This document shows positions 35,340-44,106 of a DNA stretch of 64,000 bases, in pieces (the stretch's first letter is position 1; every line of letters begins with the position of its first letter). Where the stretch lies: IMG/VR virus record IMGVR_UViG_3300046474_000142. One strand, written 5' to 3'. The translations under genes and the position numbers were made by a program. Source of the DNA: a virus (Duplodnaviria; Heunggongvirae; Uroviricota; Caudoviricetes). The notes beneath the pieces are model-generated. The model saw only the letters and a list, made by a program, of their open reading frames with translations, was not told the origin of the DNA and did not search any database.

Positions 35340-35772
35340 CGCTATCATCGTAGCAAATCTGGAAGCTCTGCTGGCTGCTGTTGAAGCCCAACCGGAAACC
35401 CTGTTCGACCTGAGCTTCTTCCGTAACGAAACCGAGTGCGGTTCGAACTTCTGCGCGGTCGGCCTCGCCTGCACCATGCCGGAGTTTCAGGCGATGGGCT
35501 TTAATCTGAGGGCCACTGCTAACGACTACAGCCGAGATGGTTTCTCGTATCGCGCCGAAATCAACGGGGCGTTGGCAATGTGGAACAACCGCACCGACTT
35601 CGCTTTCGGAACTGACTCGTACCAGCGCTGTTTCGAACCCGCGAACGAAGGTAGTCTCGATAACGAGCTTGGCTACGAGTTCGACCGGGACACTGACACC
35701 GCAAACATGACCGACAAAGAGCTGGCTGTGGCCCGTCTGAAGAAGCAAATCGCAATCCTGAAAGGAGAATAA
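35332..35772 (+). CDS. hypothetical protein
   Basis: 146 aa from ATG 35332 after the strong RBS aaggagaagaaa. Confidence 0.5.
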   Translation: MSNAIIVANLEALLAAVEAQPETLFDLSFFRNETECGSNFCAVGLACTMPEFQAMGFNLRATANDYSRDGFSYRAEINGALAMWNNRTDFAFGTDSYQRCFEPANEGSLDNELGYEFDRDTDTANMTDKELAVARLKKQIAILKGE

Positions 35773-35774
35773 GA

Positions 35775-35969
35775 ATGAGTCGTAACCAACGTGAAGGCCG
35801 TTTCATCCCCGGCTGGTGCTACAACCCTAGCTACCATTCCCAACGTGACAAGGATGGCAATCTGGTCCAGAAGATTCGTGCTGGCAAGCACTTCGATCTG
35901 AAGGTCATGTACAACAAGCAGATGGGGAAGACCTACTTCCGCGTCTACCGTGAAGGGGCATTTGAATGA
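35775..35969 (+). CDS. hypothetical small protein
   Basis: 64 aa; RBS aaaggagaataaga. Confidence 0.45.
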   Translation: MSRNQREGRFIPGWCYNPSYHSQRDKDGNLVQKIRAGKHFDLKVMYNKQMGKTYFRVYREGAFE

Positions 35970-36781
35970 GCGTTAGTATCGTAGGCTGCGAGTTTGGCCA
36001 TACCAAGACTACCTTCCCCGGTGGCGAGAGCTGTATCCGAGTAGCGCTTGGAACCTTCTTCGATGAAGAGTTGACCCTGCAACTAGATTTCGAATCGAAC
36101 GGCGACCTGATCGATCTGGCCTTGTTGGCTGATGCGCTCCGCCGTGAGCATCGTGGCGTTAAGCTCAACCTGTTTATGCCTTACGTACCATACGCTCGGC
36201 AGGACCGTGTGTGCAACCCCGGCGAGAGCCTGTCGATTAGAGTAGTGGCTGACTTCATCAACTCGCTGAAGTTCCATATGGTCGTTGTCGCGGACCCGCA
36301 CTCGGACGTTACCACGGCCCTGCTAGATAACGTGGTAGCTTACGCACAAGACTTCGGTGTTGACCGTGTGGCTCGCCGTGTCGGTGCAGATAACACTATC
36401 ATCGTTGCTCCCGATGCCGGGGCTTCGAAGAAGGCCAGCAAGTTCGCTAGGGCAGGCGGGTTCTCCGGTCTGATCCAAGCGGAGAAGGTGCGTGACCTTC
36501 TTACCGGCAAGATTCTGGAAACCCGTGTCCCCGACATCCTCGTGGGTGATATGGACTTCCTGATCGTAGACGACATCTGCGATGGTGGCCGTACATTCAC
36601 CGAGTTGGCAAAGGTGCTGCGCACAAAAACCACTGGCAAGATCATGCTGTACGTAACACACGGTATCTTCAGTGCTGGTGAAAAAGTATTTGACGGACTG
36701 ATCGATGATGTGTACACTGCTAATCCTGTCGGGGCAACTGGCAAAGCAGCAGTAGCAAGTGGCCGCGTCAAGGTACTGTAA
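35966..36781 (+). CDS. Ribose-phosphate pyrophosphokinase (Prs) homolog. It is a candidate Adps-like enzyme of a NARP1-type NAD+ reconstitution pathway.
   Basis: PYVPYARQDR (Prs signature YxRQDR). FLIVDDICDGGRTF (PRPP-binding loop of type I phosphoribosyltransferases). Confidence 0.7.
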   Translation: MSVSIVGCEFGHTKTTFPGGESCIRVALGTFFDEELTLQLDFESNGDLIDLALLADALRREHRGVKLNLFMPYVPYARQDRVCNPGESLSIRVVADFINSLKFHMVVVADPHSDVTTALLDNVVAYAQDFGVDRVARRVGADNTIIVAPDAGASKKASKFARAGGFSGLIQAEKVRDLLTGKILETRVPDILVGDMDFLIVDDICDGGRTFTELAKVLRTKTTGKIMLYVTHGIFSAGEKVFDGLIDDVYTANPVGATGKAAVASGRVKVL

Positions 36782-36832
36782 TACCCAAGGCGCTTCGTAA
36801 GGAGCGCTACCAACTAACCAAGGAGAATTGAA

Positions 36833-37051
36833 ATGGCTAAGCAACAACATGCAATCGGAACTCGCGTCGTGTTCTTTAACGGCTATGAGTTGGAAGACAT
36901 CACTACGGGTCGCATCTACACCATCGAAGGTGTCGATGAGCTAGGTGACGAGTACTTCATTGACGACGCAGGAGAACGCGACTTCGCAGCCGCTACTGGC
37001 AATGGTACTCCCGGCGAAGGTGATGGTGTGTACGTTGTAATCGTGGACTAA
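36833..37051 (+). CDS. hypothetical small protein
   Basis: 72 aa; RBS aaggagaattgaa. Confidence 0.45.
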   Translation: MAKQQHAIGTRVVFFNGYELEDITTGRIYTIEGVDELGDEYFIDDAGERDFAAATGNGTPGEGDGVYVVIVD

Positions 37052-37052
37052 A

Positions 37053-37631
37053 ATGGACTGGAACGATTACTTCGTATATGACGAGTCGAGTCCAAGCTGC
37101 CTTCGGTGGAGAGTTTCACGAAAGGGTAGTGGCAAGGGCAAGCCGAAGCTGCCGAATGACGTAGCTGGCGAAGTGTATGAAGGCGTTCCATACTACCAAG
37201 TAGCAGTGGCAGGTAAGAAGTGCTACGTACACAGGATCGTCTGGGAGATGCACAACGGCCCAGCCGGAGACTCAGAAATCGACCATGAAAATCTGAACAA
37301 GACGGATAATAGGGCAGGGAACCTTCGCCGGATTACACATGCCAGAAACATGCGAAATTGCAAGATGCAGCACAACAATTCTAGCGGCGTAACCGGCGTA
37401 GACTTCGATCCTGTAAAGAATCGTTGGCGTGCAAAATGGAAGGCGCTTGACGGGGCGCACAAGGGCCGAAGTTTCAGTGTCATAAAGTACGGAGAGGCAG
37501 CTTTCGATCTTGCGGTAAAAGCACGGGCAGATGCCATCTCAAAACTAAACCAATCCGGGGCAGACTACACAGTGAGCCACGGAGCTACCAAAGGAGAATT
37601 ACATGAAATGCAAACCACACCTGACGCTTGA
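37053..37631 (+). CDS. HNH-AP2 homing endonuclease inserted between the Prs-like and NAMPT-like genes
   Basis: FVYDESSPSCLRWRVS; IDHENLNKTDNRAGNLRRI; AP2-like tail NQSGADYTVSHG. Confidence 0.8.
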   Translation: MDWNDYFVYDESSPSCLRWRVSRKGSGKGKPKLPNDVAGEVYEGVPYYQVAVAGKKCYVHRIVWEMHNGPAGDSEIDHENLNKTDNRAGNLRRITHARNMRNCKMQHNNSSGVTGVDFDPVKNRWRAKWKALDGAHKGRSFSVIKYGEAAFDLAVKARADAISKLNQSGADYTVSHGATKGELHEMQTTPDA

Positions 37632-39300
37632 TAGTTACAAGCTCGATCATATTTCGCAGTACCCGGCTGGCACCCAGTACGTGTACTCCAACCTGACGGC
37701 CCGTTCCGCAGCTCACGCTAACATGGGCAAGCTGTTCGACAACAAGGTTGTGTTCGTCGGACTGTCGGGCTTCATTCAAGAGTTCCTGATCGAAGCATGG
37801 AACGAACACTTCTTCGCTCGTCCGAAGGCTGAAGTCGTGGCTGAGTACAAGCGCCGCTGCGACAACTTCCTGGGACCGGACGCCGTACGTACCGATCACA
37901 TCGCAGCACTGCACGACCTGGGCTACCTGCCGATCATGATTAAGGCGCTGCCGGAAGGCTCCCGCGTAGACATCAAAGTTCCGTTCCTGACGATCCGCAA
38001 CACCCTGCCGCAGTTCTACTGGCTGACGAATTATCTGGAAACCGTTCTTTCGGACGAACTGTGGCAGCAATGCACCATCGCTACCATCACGTACGAATAC
38101 CGCCGTATCCTGAACAAGTATGTCGAGCTGACCGGCTCCGATCTGGCCTTCGCTGATTGGCAGATTCACGACTTCTCGATGCGCGGCATGTGCGGCTGGC
38201 ACGGTGCAGCCAAAGGCGGTGCGGCCCACCTGTTCGTTTCCCGTGGCACCGATACGCTTCCGGCTATCGACTATCTGGAACAGTACTACGGTGCAGATGT
38301 GACGAAGGAACTGGTTGCTGGCTCCGTCCCGGCTACCGAGCACAGCGTCATGTGCATGGGCGGCAATGCTGAACTGGAAGCGCCTAAGTACGCCAGCTTC
38401 ACCGATGGGAACGGCAACAACATCCGAATCGAACTGGGCAGCGATGAACTCGCTACGTTCCACCGTTTGATCGCGGAAGTGTACCCTGGCGGCATCGTGT
38501 CCATCGTGTCGGACACCTGGGACTTCTGGCGCGTCATCACGGAGTACGCCCGTACGTTGAAGGAAGTGATTCTGGCGCGTAAGCCAAACGCCCTGGGCCA
38601 AGCCAAGGTAGTGTTCCGTCCTGACTCCGGCGATCCGGTGCAGATCATCACGGGCTTGCGCGCCATCGCCTTAGAAGATTTGGACGAAGACAACTACTTC
38701 AAGTACGATGTTGTCATCAAAGATGGCAAGTACTACGAGTTCGACCAAGACTTCTGTGGCGATTCCTGCAACTGCTTCATGGATACCAAACTAGGCCGTG
38801 AAGTGCCGGAGCACGAAGTCAAAGGTGCTGTCGAATGTCTGTACGACATCTTCGGCGGCGACATCACGGCCAAGGGCTACCGTACCCTGAACCAACGTGT
38901 CGGCCTGATCTACGGTGACAGCATTACGCTACAACGCTGCGAAGAAATCCTGCAACGCCTCATGGCGAAGGGCTTCAGTGCTGGTAACATCGTGTTCGGT
39001 GTTGGCTCGTACACCTACCAGTACATGACCCGCGACACGTTCGGCATGGCAGTGAAGGCTACGTTCGGCGTGGTGAACGGCGAAGAGCGCAACATCCAGA
39101 AAGACCCGAAGACTGGCGACGGCATGAAGAAGTCGGCCACTGGCCTGCTGCGTATCGAGAAGGAAGGCGACAAGTTCGTCCTGTACGACAAGCAATCGAT
39201 CTACGACGAAACCTGCGGTGAGCTGGAAGTCGTCTTCGTGGATGGTAAGCAGTACAACGCTCCTACGTTCGCACAGATCGTAGAGCGCCTGAAACAATAA
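37603..39300 (+). CDS. Nicotinamide phosphoribosyltransferase (NAMPT/NadV) family protein. It is a candidate Namat-like partner of the Prs homolog.
   Basis: TLDSYKLDHISQYP...QYVYSNLTAR; IKALPEGSRVDIKVPFLTIRNT...QFYWLTNYLETVL; IHDFSMRGM; VPATEHSVM. These align with human and bacterial NAMPT motifs (TDSYKVTHYKQYP, HDFGYRG, PAAEHST). Confidence 0.8.
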   Translation: MKCKPHLTLDSYKLDHISQYPAGTQYVYSNLTARSAAHANMGKLFDNKVVFVGLSGFIQEFLIEAWNEHFFARPKAEVVAEYKRRCDNFLGPDAVRTDHIAALHDLGYLPIMIKALPEGSRVDIKVPFLTIRNTLPQFYWLTNYLETVLSDELWQQCTIATITYEYRRILNKYVELTGSDLAFADWQIHDFSMRGMCGWHGAAKGGAAHLFVSRGTDTLPAIDYLEQYYGADVTKELVAGSVPATEHSVMCMGGNAELEAPKYASFTDGNGNNIRIELGSDELATFHRLIAEVYPGGIVSIVSDTWDFWRVITEYARTLKEVILARKPNALGQAKVVFRPDSGDPVQIITGLRAIALEDLDEDNYFKYDVVIKDGKYYEFDQDFCGDSCNCFMDTKLGREVPEHEVKGAVECLYDIFGGDITAKGYRTLNQRVGLIYGDSITLQRCEEILQRLMAKGFSAGNIVFGVGSYTYQYMTRDTFGMAVKATFGVVNGEERNIQKDPKTGDGMKKSATGLLRIEKEGDKFVLYDKQSIYDETCGELEVVFVDGKQYNAPTFAQIVERLKQ

Positions 39301-39326
39301 CGCCTACGGCGTAAGAAAGAAGCACT

Positions 39327-39584
39327 ATGACACTAGACATCTTCGGTAATCCGCTTTATACTGGTGATGTTGTCGTGTTCGCAGATGGAGATGGGCATGG
39401 CAGCGCACTGCTGGAAGTGTACGAAGTAGAGGAAGTTATTGGCAACAACACCGTGAGGGCTTCCCTGCTCTCCGGTGAATACGCTGGTAACGAGTTCTAC
39501 CTTCAGCACACCGACAAGCGCTGCTCCCTGATCCGTAACGTGTACAAGACCGCAGAACTGAACCGTAGTACCACTATCAACTAA
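39327..39584 (+). CDS. hypothetical small protein
   Basis: 85 aa; weak RBS. Confidence 0.4.
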   Translation: MTLDIFGNPLYTGDVVVFADGDGHGSALLEVYEVEEVIGNNTVRASLLSGEYAGNEFYLQHTDKRCSLIRNVYKTAELNRSTTIN

Positions 39585-39598
39585 CTAAGGAGAAAACA

Positions 39599-41008
39599 AT
39601 GCAAGCATTCGCACAACAAAACGGCCAACAAAAGACCTACATCGTCCTGCTGGACGACGAATCGGGTTCGATGGTATCCCTGCGTACCGCAGCTACCAAG
39701 GACCACAACACTACCGTCACTGGTATCAAGGATTCTGCTACCAAGTACCAGCAAGATACCATCGTGTCTAACTTCGGTTTCGGCTCCGGTGAAGTCCGCC
39801 GCTACGTGGTGAACTCCAACCCGCACGTTCTGGCTCCGAAGACTTCGTGGGTCGCATCGGGTGGCACTCCGGGCCGTAAGGCAATCAGGGAAGCAATCGA
39901 GCTGCTGAAGACGATGCCGGACTACAACAGCCCGAACGTAGCGTTTGCTATCTTCACTACCACTGACGGCGAATTCGACGGCGACTACTGGGACAACAAC
40001 CCGACCACCAAGGAAGCGGAGCTGGCCCACGAAATCGCAGAGCTGACCCGCACTGGCCGCTGGACCTTCGTGTTCCGTGTCCCGAAAGGTGGCCGTAAGC
40101 ATCTCGCTGGCCTGCGCATCCCGGCTGGCAACGTGCAAGAATGGGAAACTACTGCTGCTGGCATGGCTGCTTCGACCGTCCAGACCACGCAAGCGTTCGA
40201 TACGTTCTTCGCTACCCGTGCTACCGGCAAGACCAGCTCGACCGTGTTCTATGCTGACGCAACCAACGTCGATACGTCGAAGCTGGTGGACATTTCGAAG
40301 CGCACTTCGCTGTACGTGGTGGAAGATTATGAAAACGGTATCCAGATTCGTGACTTCATCCTGAAGCGCCGTCAGCGTTACCTGAAAGGCTCAGCTTTCT
40401 ATCAACTGTCGAAGACCGAGAAGCGTGTCGGCCCGAACAAGATGCTGGCTATCCGTGACCGCACTACCGGCGTAGTGTACGCTGGCAAAGAAGCACGTAC
40501 CATGCTGGGCCTGTCGTCGGTGGACAACATCACGCTGCATCCGGGCAACCATGGAAACTACGACATCTTCGTTCAGTCGGAGTCGGTGAACCGCAAACTG
40601 GTCAAAGGCTACGGTGTAATCTACTGGGAAGAAATCGGCGTACCGTTCACTCAGGAAGAAATCGACCGCTTTACCGGCGTGAAGCCTGCTGCTCCGGTGG
40701 CTCCGGCCAAACCGGCTGTGGTGCAACTGCCTGCTGTTCCGGTTAGCACTCGTCCGACTCCTTCGCCGCTGAAGCCGACTCCGAAGACTGTTCCGGCTCC
40801 GGTTACTCAAGTGGCGGTCGGCCTGAAGCCTGTAGCGTTCCCGGCTGTCAATGGTCGTGTGCGTTACCACTTGCCAACTGCTGACGCACTGTTCTACTCG
40901 ACCCGTGATGTCGCTCGTGAAGTGGCTCAATCACTGCCGGGTAAGAAGCAGTACGATGCCGGTCCTACCGCTCCGTACGGTCGTCGTTTCTTCGTCGCAG
41001 CGGCGTAA
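39599..41008 (+). CDS. von Willebrand factor A (VWA) domain protein with a Pro-rich linker
   Basis: MIDAS motif YIVLLDDESGSM (DxSGS). Pro/Ala/Val-rich segment KPAAPVAPAKPAVVQLPAVPVSTRPTPSPLKPTPKTVPAPV. Confidence 0.5.
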   Translation: MQAFAQQNGQQKTYIVLLDDESGSMVSLRTAATKDHNTTVTGIKDSATKYQQDTIVSNFGFGSGEVRRYVVNSNPHVLAPKTSWVASGGTPGRKAIREAIELLKTMPDYNSPNVAFAIFTTTDGEFDGDYWDNNPTTKEAELAHEIAELTRTGRWTFVFRVPKGGRKHLAGLRIPAGNVQEWETTAAGMAASTVQTTQAFDTFFATRATGKTSSTVFYADATNVDTSKLVDISKRTSLYVVEDYENGIQIRDFILKRRQRYLKGSAFYQLSKTEKRVGPNKMLAIRDRTTGVVYAGKEARTMLGLSSVDNITLHPGNHGNYDIFVQSESVNRKLVKGYGVIYWEEIGVPFTQEEIDRFTGVKPAAPVAPAKPAVVQLPAVPVSTRPTPSPLKPTPKTVPAPVTQVAVGLKPVAFPAVNGRVRYHLPTADALFYSTRDVAREVAQSLPGKKQYDAGPTAPYGRRFFVAAA

Positions 41009-41025
41009 TTAACGCTTGACAGGGT

Positions 41026-41102
41026 GGATAGGTAGCACTACAATGTTACTTATCCACTGAAACTTGCAAATCGTCCTAGCATATGTTATACTACTATCTT
41101 TA
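41026..41102 (+). promoter_or_regulatory. Tandem sigma70-type promoters: TTGACA-17-TACAAT (41026-41054) and TTGCAA-17-TATACT (41074-41102)
   Basis: Both have exact 17-nt spacers. The first contains the GTAGCACTAC motif and a GTGGATA/TATCCAC inverted repeat. Confidence 0.5.
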
Positions 41103-41114
41103 AGGAGGTAGTAG

Positions 41115-41684
41115 ATGAACGAGATTTTTGAGTACGATGAAACAAGCCCTTCGGGGCTGAGATGGAAGGTTGACAGGTACACAGGCCACTCCAAGACACG
41201 AAAGCACATTTCCGCTGGGGACGTAGCTGGACATTGGAGCAAGGCAGGTTACTGGACTGTCAACGTCAACAACAGAGCCTACTACGTACACCGTGTTATC
41301 ATGGAACTACACGGTTGCGATATAGATGGACTTGAGGTTGACCATCGTGACAAGAACAGGTCGAATAACAGGTTAAGTAATCTGCGTGTCGTACCTAGAG
41401 TATTCAACTCTCGGAACATAACTATGAGGGACGATAACTCAAGCGGAGTTACTGGCGTTGTATGGCAGGAATCGAAGTATAGTACAGTTGCTACCTCTTG
41501 CTGGCAAGAGGCCGGAAGACAACGCCGCAAAAGTTTTTCAGTAGGCAAGTATGGGCTGCTAGGGGCGTTTGCCAAGGCAGTCCAGTTTAGAAAAGAAACC
41601 ATCCAGAGGCTAAACACCGAAGGATACGATTATACGGAAGGGCACGGAAATGACGCTACGAATCGAGAGCGGGGATTTGTTTAA
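41115..41684 (+). CDS. HNH-AP2 homing endonuclease
   Basis: FEYDETSPSGLRWKVD; VDHRDKNRSNNRLSNLRVV; AP2-like tail NTEGYDYTEGHG. Confidence 0.8.
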   Translation: MNEIFEYDETSPSGLRWKVDRYTGHSKTRKHISAGDVAGHWSKAGYWTVNVNNRAYYVHRVIMELHGCDIDGLEVDHRDKNRSNNRLSNLRVVPRVFNSRNITMRDDNSSGVTGVVWQESKYSTVATSCWQEAGRQRRKSFSVGKYGLLGAFAKAVQFRKETIQRLNTEGYDYTEGHGNDATNRERGFV

Positions 41685-42108
41685 CGCCGCAATGGGGAAG
41701 CGAGTTCTAATCGCACACGGATGCAACAGGCAGGGGAAGATGGCGTCTGGTTTTGCAGGGATCATCAAGAAGTTGTACCCGTTCTGTTATACTGCCTACA
41801 TGCAAGAGCACAACGATTTCGGTCTGGTAGGCGGGGACGTAGTGTTCGCTACGTCTGAAGATAGTAAGGTAGTGGTAGCTAACTGCATTACACAAGATTT
41901 CTATGGACGGGATGGGAAAAAGTACGTAGAATACGACTGGGTTGTTGATGCAATGTCGAAAGTCGCTACCTACGCTAAGCAAGCTAACGCTCCCGTCATC
42001 TTCCCGTTCATTGGCGGTGGCTTGGCGGGCGGTGATCGTAAGCGTCTGGCTGCGATCTTCGAAGCCGTCTTCCACGATGTTGACGCAACGCTGTATATTC
42101 AAGACTAA
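41650..42108 (+). CDS. macro-domain (ADP-ribose binding/processing) protein
   Basis: GDLFNAAMGKRVLIAHGCNRQGKMASGFAGII ... GDVVFATSE..KVVVANCI ... PVIFPFIGGGLAGGD aligns with the macro-domain blocks (GDIT..AIVNAAN..GGGV.GAI, G.A.iT.a, iAFPaIStGvyG). Confidence 0.55.
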   Translation: MTLRIESGDLFNAAMGKRVLIAHGCNRQGKMASGFAGIIKKLYPFCYTAYMQEHNDFGLVGGDVVFATSEDSKVVVANCITQDFYGRDGKKYVEYDWVVDAMSKVATYAKQANAPVIFPFIGGGLAGGDRKRLAAIFEAVFHDVDATLYIQD

Positions 42109-42124
42109 CTGAAAGGAGATGTAA

Positions 42125-42304
42125 ATGAAAGCTGCTCGTGACTTACTGATTCTGGTTGTTACGTTCCTGCTGGGCGCTCTGTGCCTGAATGGATACGTCC
42201 ACAACCTGTACCTGATGGCTGCAAGCGATGTGTCCCTGATGACCATCTTCCGTGCAATCGGTGCGATTTTGTTCCCGCTGGGCATCCTGCTCGGCCTGAT
42301 TTAA
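42125..42304 (+). CDS. small two-TM membrane protein (59 aa)
   Basis: RBS aaaggagatgtaa before ATG 42125. LLILVVTFLLGALCL and IGAILFPLGILLGLI. Below the ORF-track cutoff. Confidence 0.4.
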   Translation: MKAARDLLILVVTFLLGALCLNGYVHNLYLMAASDVSLMTIFRAIGAILFPLGILLGLI

Positions 42305-42355
42305 GTAGCACACGCTACGCATGTAGCAACCCACCACAACTAAAAGGAGAATCAA

Positions 42356-42625
42356 ATGTACCAATACGTCCGTACCTACATCCGCAGCATCCCTCTCGTC
42401 CGTCGCATCTTCAAGATCAAAGACGAAATCCGTGGCGTCGGCCATGTGCTGTCTGCGTTCAACGCTGCTGTCGCTGATCTGGAAGCAGTCGCTGTCCAGC
42501 ACGCAGGCTTCGCTGTGGCCCATGCCCGTGAAATCGAACAGCGCATCGCTGCCAAGGCTGCTGCTGAAGCCGAGTCTCTGAAGGCTACCAACATCGCTGC
42601 CAAAATGAAAGGCATCTTCCAATGA
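42356..42625 (+). CDS. hypothetical protein
   Basis: 89 aa; RBS aaaaggagaatcaa. Confidence 0.45.
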   Translation: MYQYVRTYIRSIPLVRRIFKIKDEIRGVGHVLSAFNAAVADLEAVAVQHAGFAVAHAREIEQRIAAKAAAEAESLKATNIAAKMKGIFQ

Positions 42626-42855
42626 GGATCGATGCAGCCAAGCCAGTATTCAGTCCACTAACTATCACGCTGGAATCGGAGCAAGAGCTTCGAGCTATGA
42701 CTGCATTCTTCGGGAATCTCCCCGGACTCGTCGCAGATAAAATGGGCTTCCCGTCTGGCCTTAACCGTGTCATGTACGACAGCCTATCCCGCACTTGCCG
42801 TGATCGTGGTGTCACGGAAAGTACTGTCCGCCTTAACATCTCAGCAAAGGAGTAA
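42622..42855 (+). CDS. hypothetical protein
   Basis: 77 aa; ATGA overlap. Confidence 0.4.
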   Translation: MRIDAAKPVFSPLTITLESEQELRAMTAFFGNLPGLVADKMGFPSGLNRVMYDSLSRTCRDRGVTESTVRLNISAKE

Positions 42856-42860
42856 TAAAC

Positions 42861-43262
42861 ATGACCGCACTAATCGAATATTCACGCGAAATCGGCCCTC
42901 TGGTTCGCCAGATCGATACCAAGAAGCAGATTATCAAGGACTTTAAGGAAACCGATGAGACAGCACAAAATCTGGCCCAGTACGTCAAGGACGCTCAGGA
43001 GGCACTGAAGGCGCACGTTGAAAAGGAGAACGATGACATCCTGAAGGAAATCAAGGAGCTGGAAACCGAACTGAAGGAAGCTGTCAAAGCTGCTGCCCGT
43101 TCGACCAAAGGCACCGACCGCGAGTTCACTTCCGGTGAGCTGACCCCGTACTTCAAGGCCCGTAACAAGCCAGTCGAGATGGGCAAGGTCAAGCCGGTGA
43201 AGAAGGTGATCGATAAAGGTGAAACCTTCGAAGAGCTGGAAGACAAGATCGGGAGTGAGTGA
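42861..43262 (+). CDS. hypothetical protein (charged, helical)
   Basis: 133 aa; RBS caaaggagtaataaac. Confidence 0.5.
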   Translation: MTALIEYSREIGPLVRQIDTKKQIIKDFKETDETAQNLAQYVKDAQEALKAHVEKENDDILKEIKELETELKEAVKAAARSTKGTDREFTSGELTPYFKARNKPVEMGKVKPVKKVIDKGETFEELEDKIGSE

Positions 43263-43510
43263 TGAAGTGGGTTCGCCTCGTTGAACGGGGCAATCGGCAA
43301 ATCCTGTTGACTGTCACGCCCGACATCGATAAGGAAGGGTATCTGATCGTAATCGAGACGCACTACTCCGGCAACACCTTCGTGTCGCTGGCTGTGGAAG
43401 GCTTCACTACCATGCAGGAAGCAATCGCTGGGATGAATGCGCTGACGGATGATGAAATCGTTGGCAACATCTCCCACATGCTCGACTACCTCTCAGAAGA
43501 CGGGCAATAA
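43259..43510 (+). CDS. hypothetical protein; last gene of the plus-strand block
   Basis: 83 aa; GTGATGA overlap. Confidence 0.45.
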   Translation: MMKWVRLVERGNRQILLTVTPDIDKEGYLIVIETHYSGNTFVSLAVEGFTTMQEAIAGMNALTDDEIVGNISHMLDYLSEDGQ

Positions 43511-43548
43511 AAAAGGAGGGAGGAACCGCTAGGCTCCTTCCCTCCAAA
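43511..43548 (-). terminator. Terminator at the convergence point. It is strong for the minus-strand late operon (hairpin followed by TTTTTT on the minus strand) and weaker for plus.
   Basis: Hairpin ggagggagg-aaccgctaggct-ccttccctcc flanked by an A6 run on the plus strand. Confidence 0.65.
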
Positions 43549-43574
43549 TACAACACACCTACCACGGTGTTCAA

Positions 43575-44105
43575 TTACTTAGCTGTTGGTGGCGTTGATG
43601 CTGCCAGCAGCTTTGTCTTTTCTACAGACCCGTGAGTCGAGCCGTAGTAATACGAGATAACTCCGGTCCATGCCGTACCCAGTGTACCTAGCATGATATA
43701 CAACACTTCCTTCGTACCAGCCGGGATTTCCCCGAACATCAAACCTGCCAGCACCGAGAAGAAGCCGATTGTGATGGCGTATGCCAAAATCTTTGGTGTA
43801 TTGTCCTTGACTTCAATCTCACGCTTGCGTGCTGAGTCCCGGTCGCTAGCAGCAATTTGCTCCAACGCTTTTACGTTGTCGAACCCGATCTTCTGCATCT
43901 CAATTGCGAACGTTTGATCCGCCGTTTTCATCGCAAGCATCTGTTCAGGCGTAACACCTGCTAGGGCTTGTTTAATGGCCCCTTCAGTCTTATCGGACAG
44001 ACCAAGGGCGTCTGCTACTGCCCCGACCGCTGCGCCTCCTAGCGGGCCTCCTAGGGCCGTTCCCAGCCACGGGGCTACCGTGGCGACAATTGCTTTCCAT
44101 TCCAT
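43575..44105 (-). CDS. holin-like membrane protein
   Basis: 176 aa with a Gly/Ala-rich hydrophobic N-terminus and C-terminal TM segments. It lies immediately downstream of the endolysin. Confidence 0.45.
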   Translation of the reverse strand: MEWKAIVATVAPWLGTALGGPLGGAAVGAVADALGLSDKTEGAIKQALAGVTPEQMLAMKTADQTFAIEMQKIGFDNVKALEQIAASDRDSARKREIEVKDNTPKILAYAITIGFFSVLAGLMFGEIPAGTKEVLYIMLGTLGTAWTGVISYYYGSTHGSVEKTKLLAASTPPTAK

Positions 44106-44106
44106 A

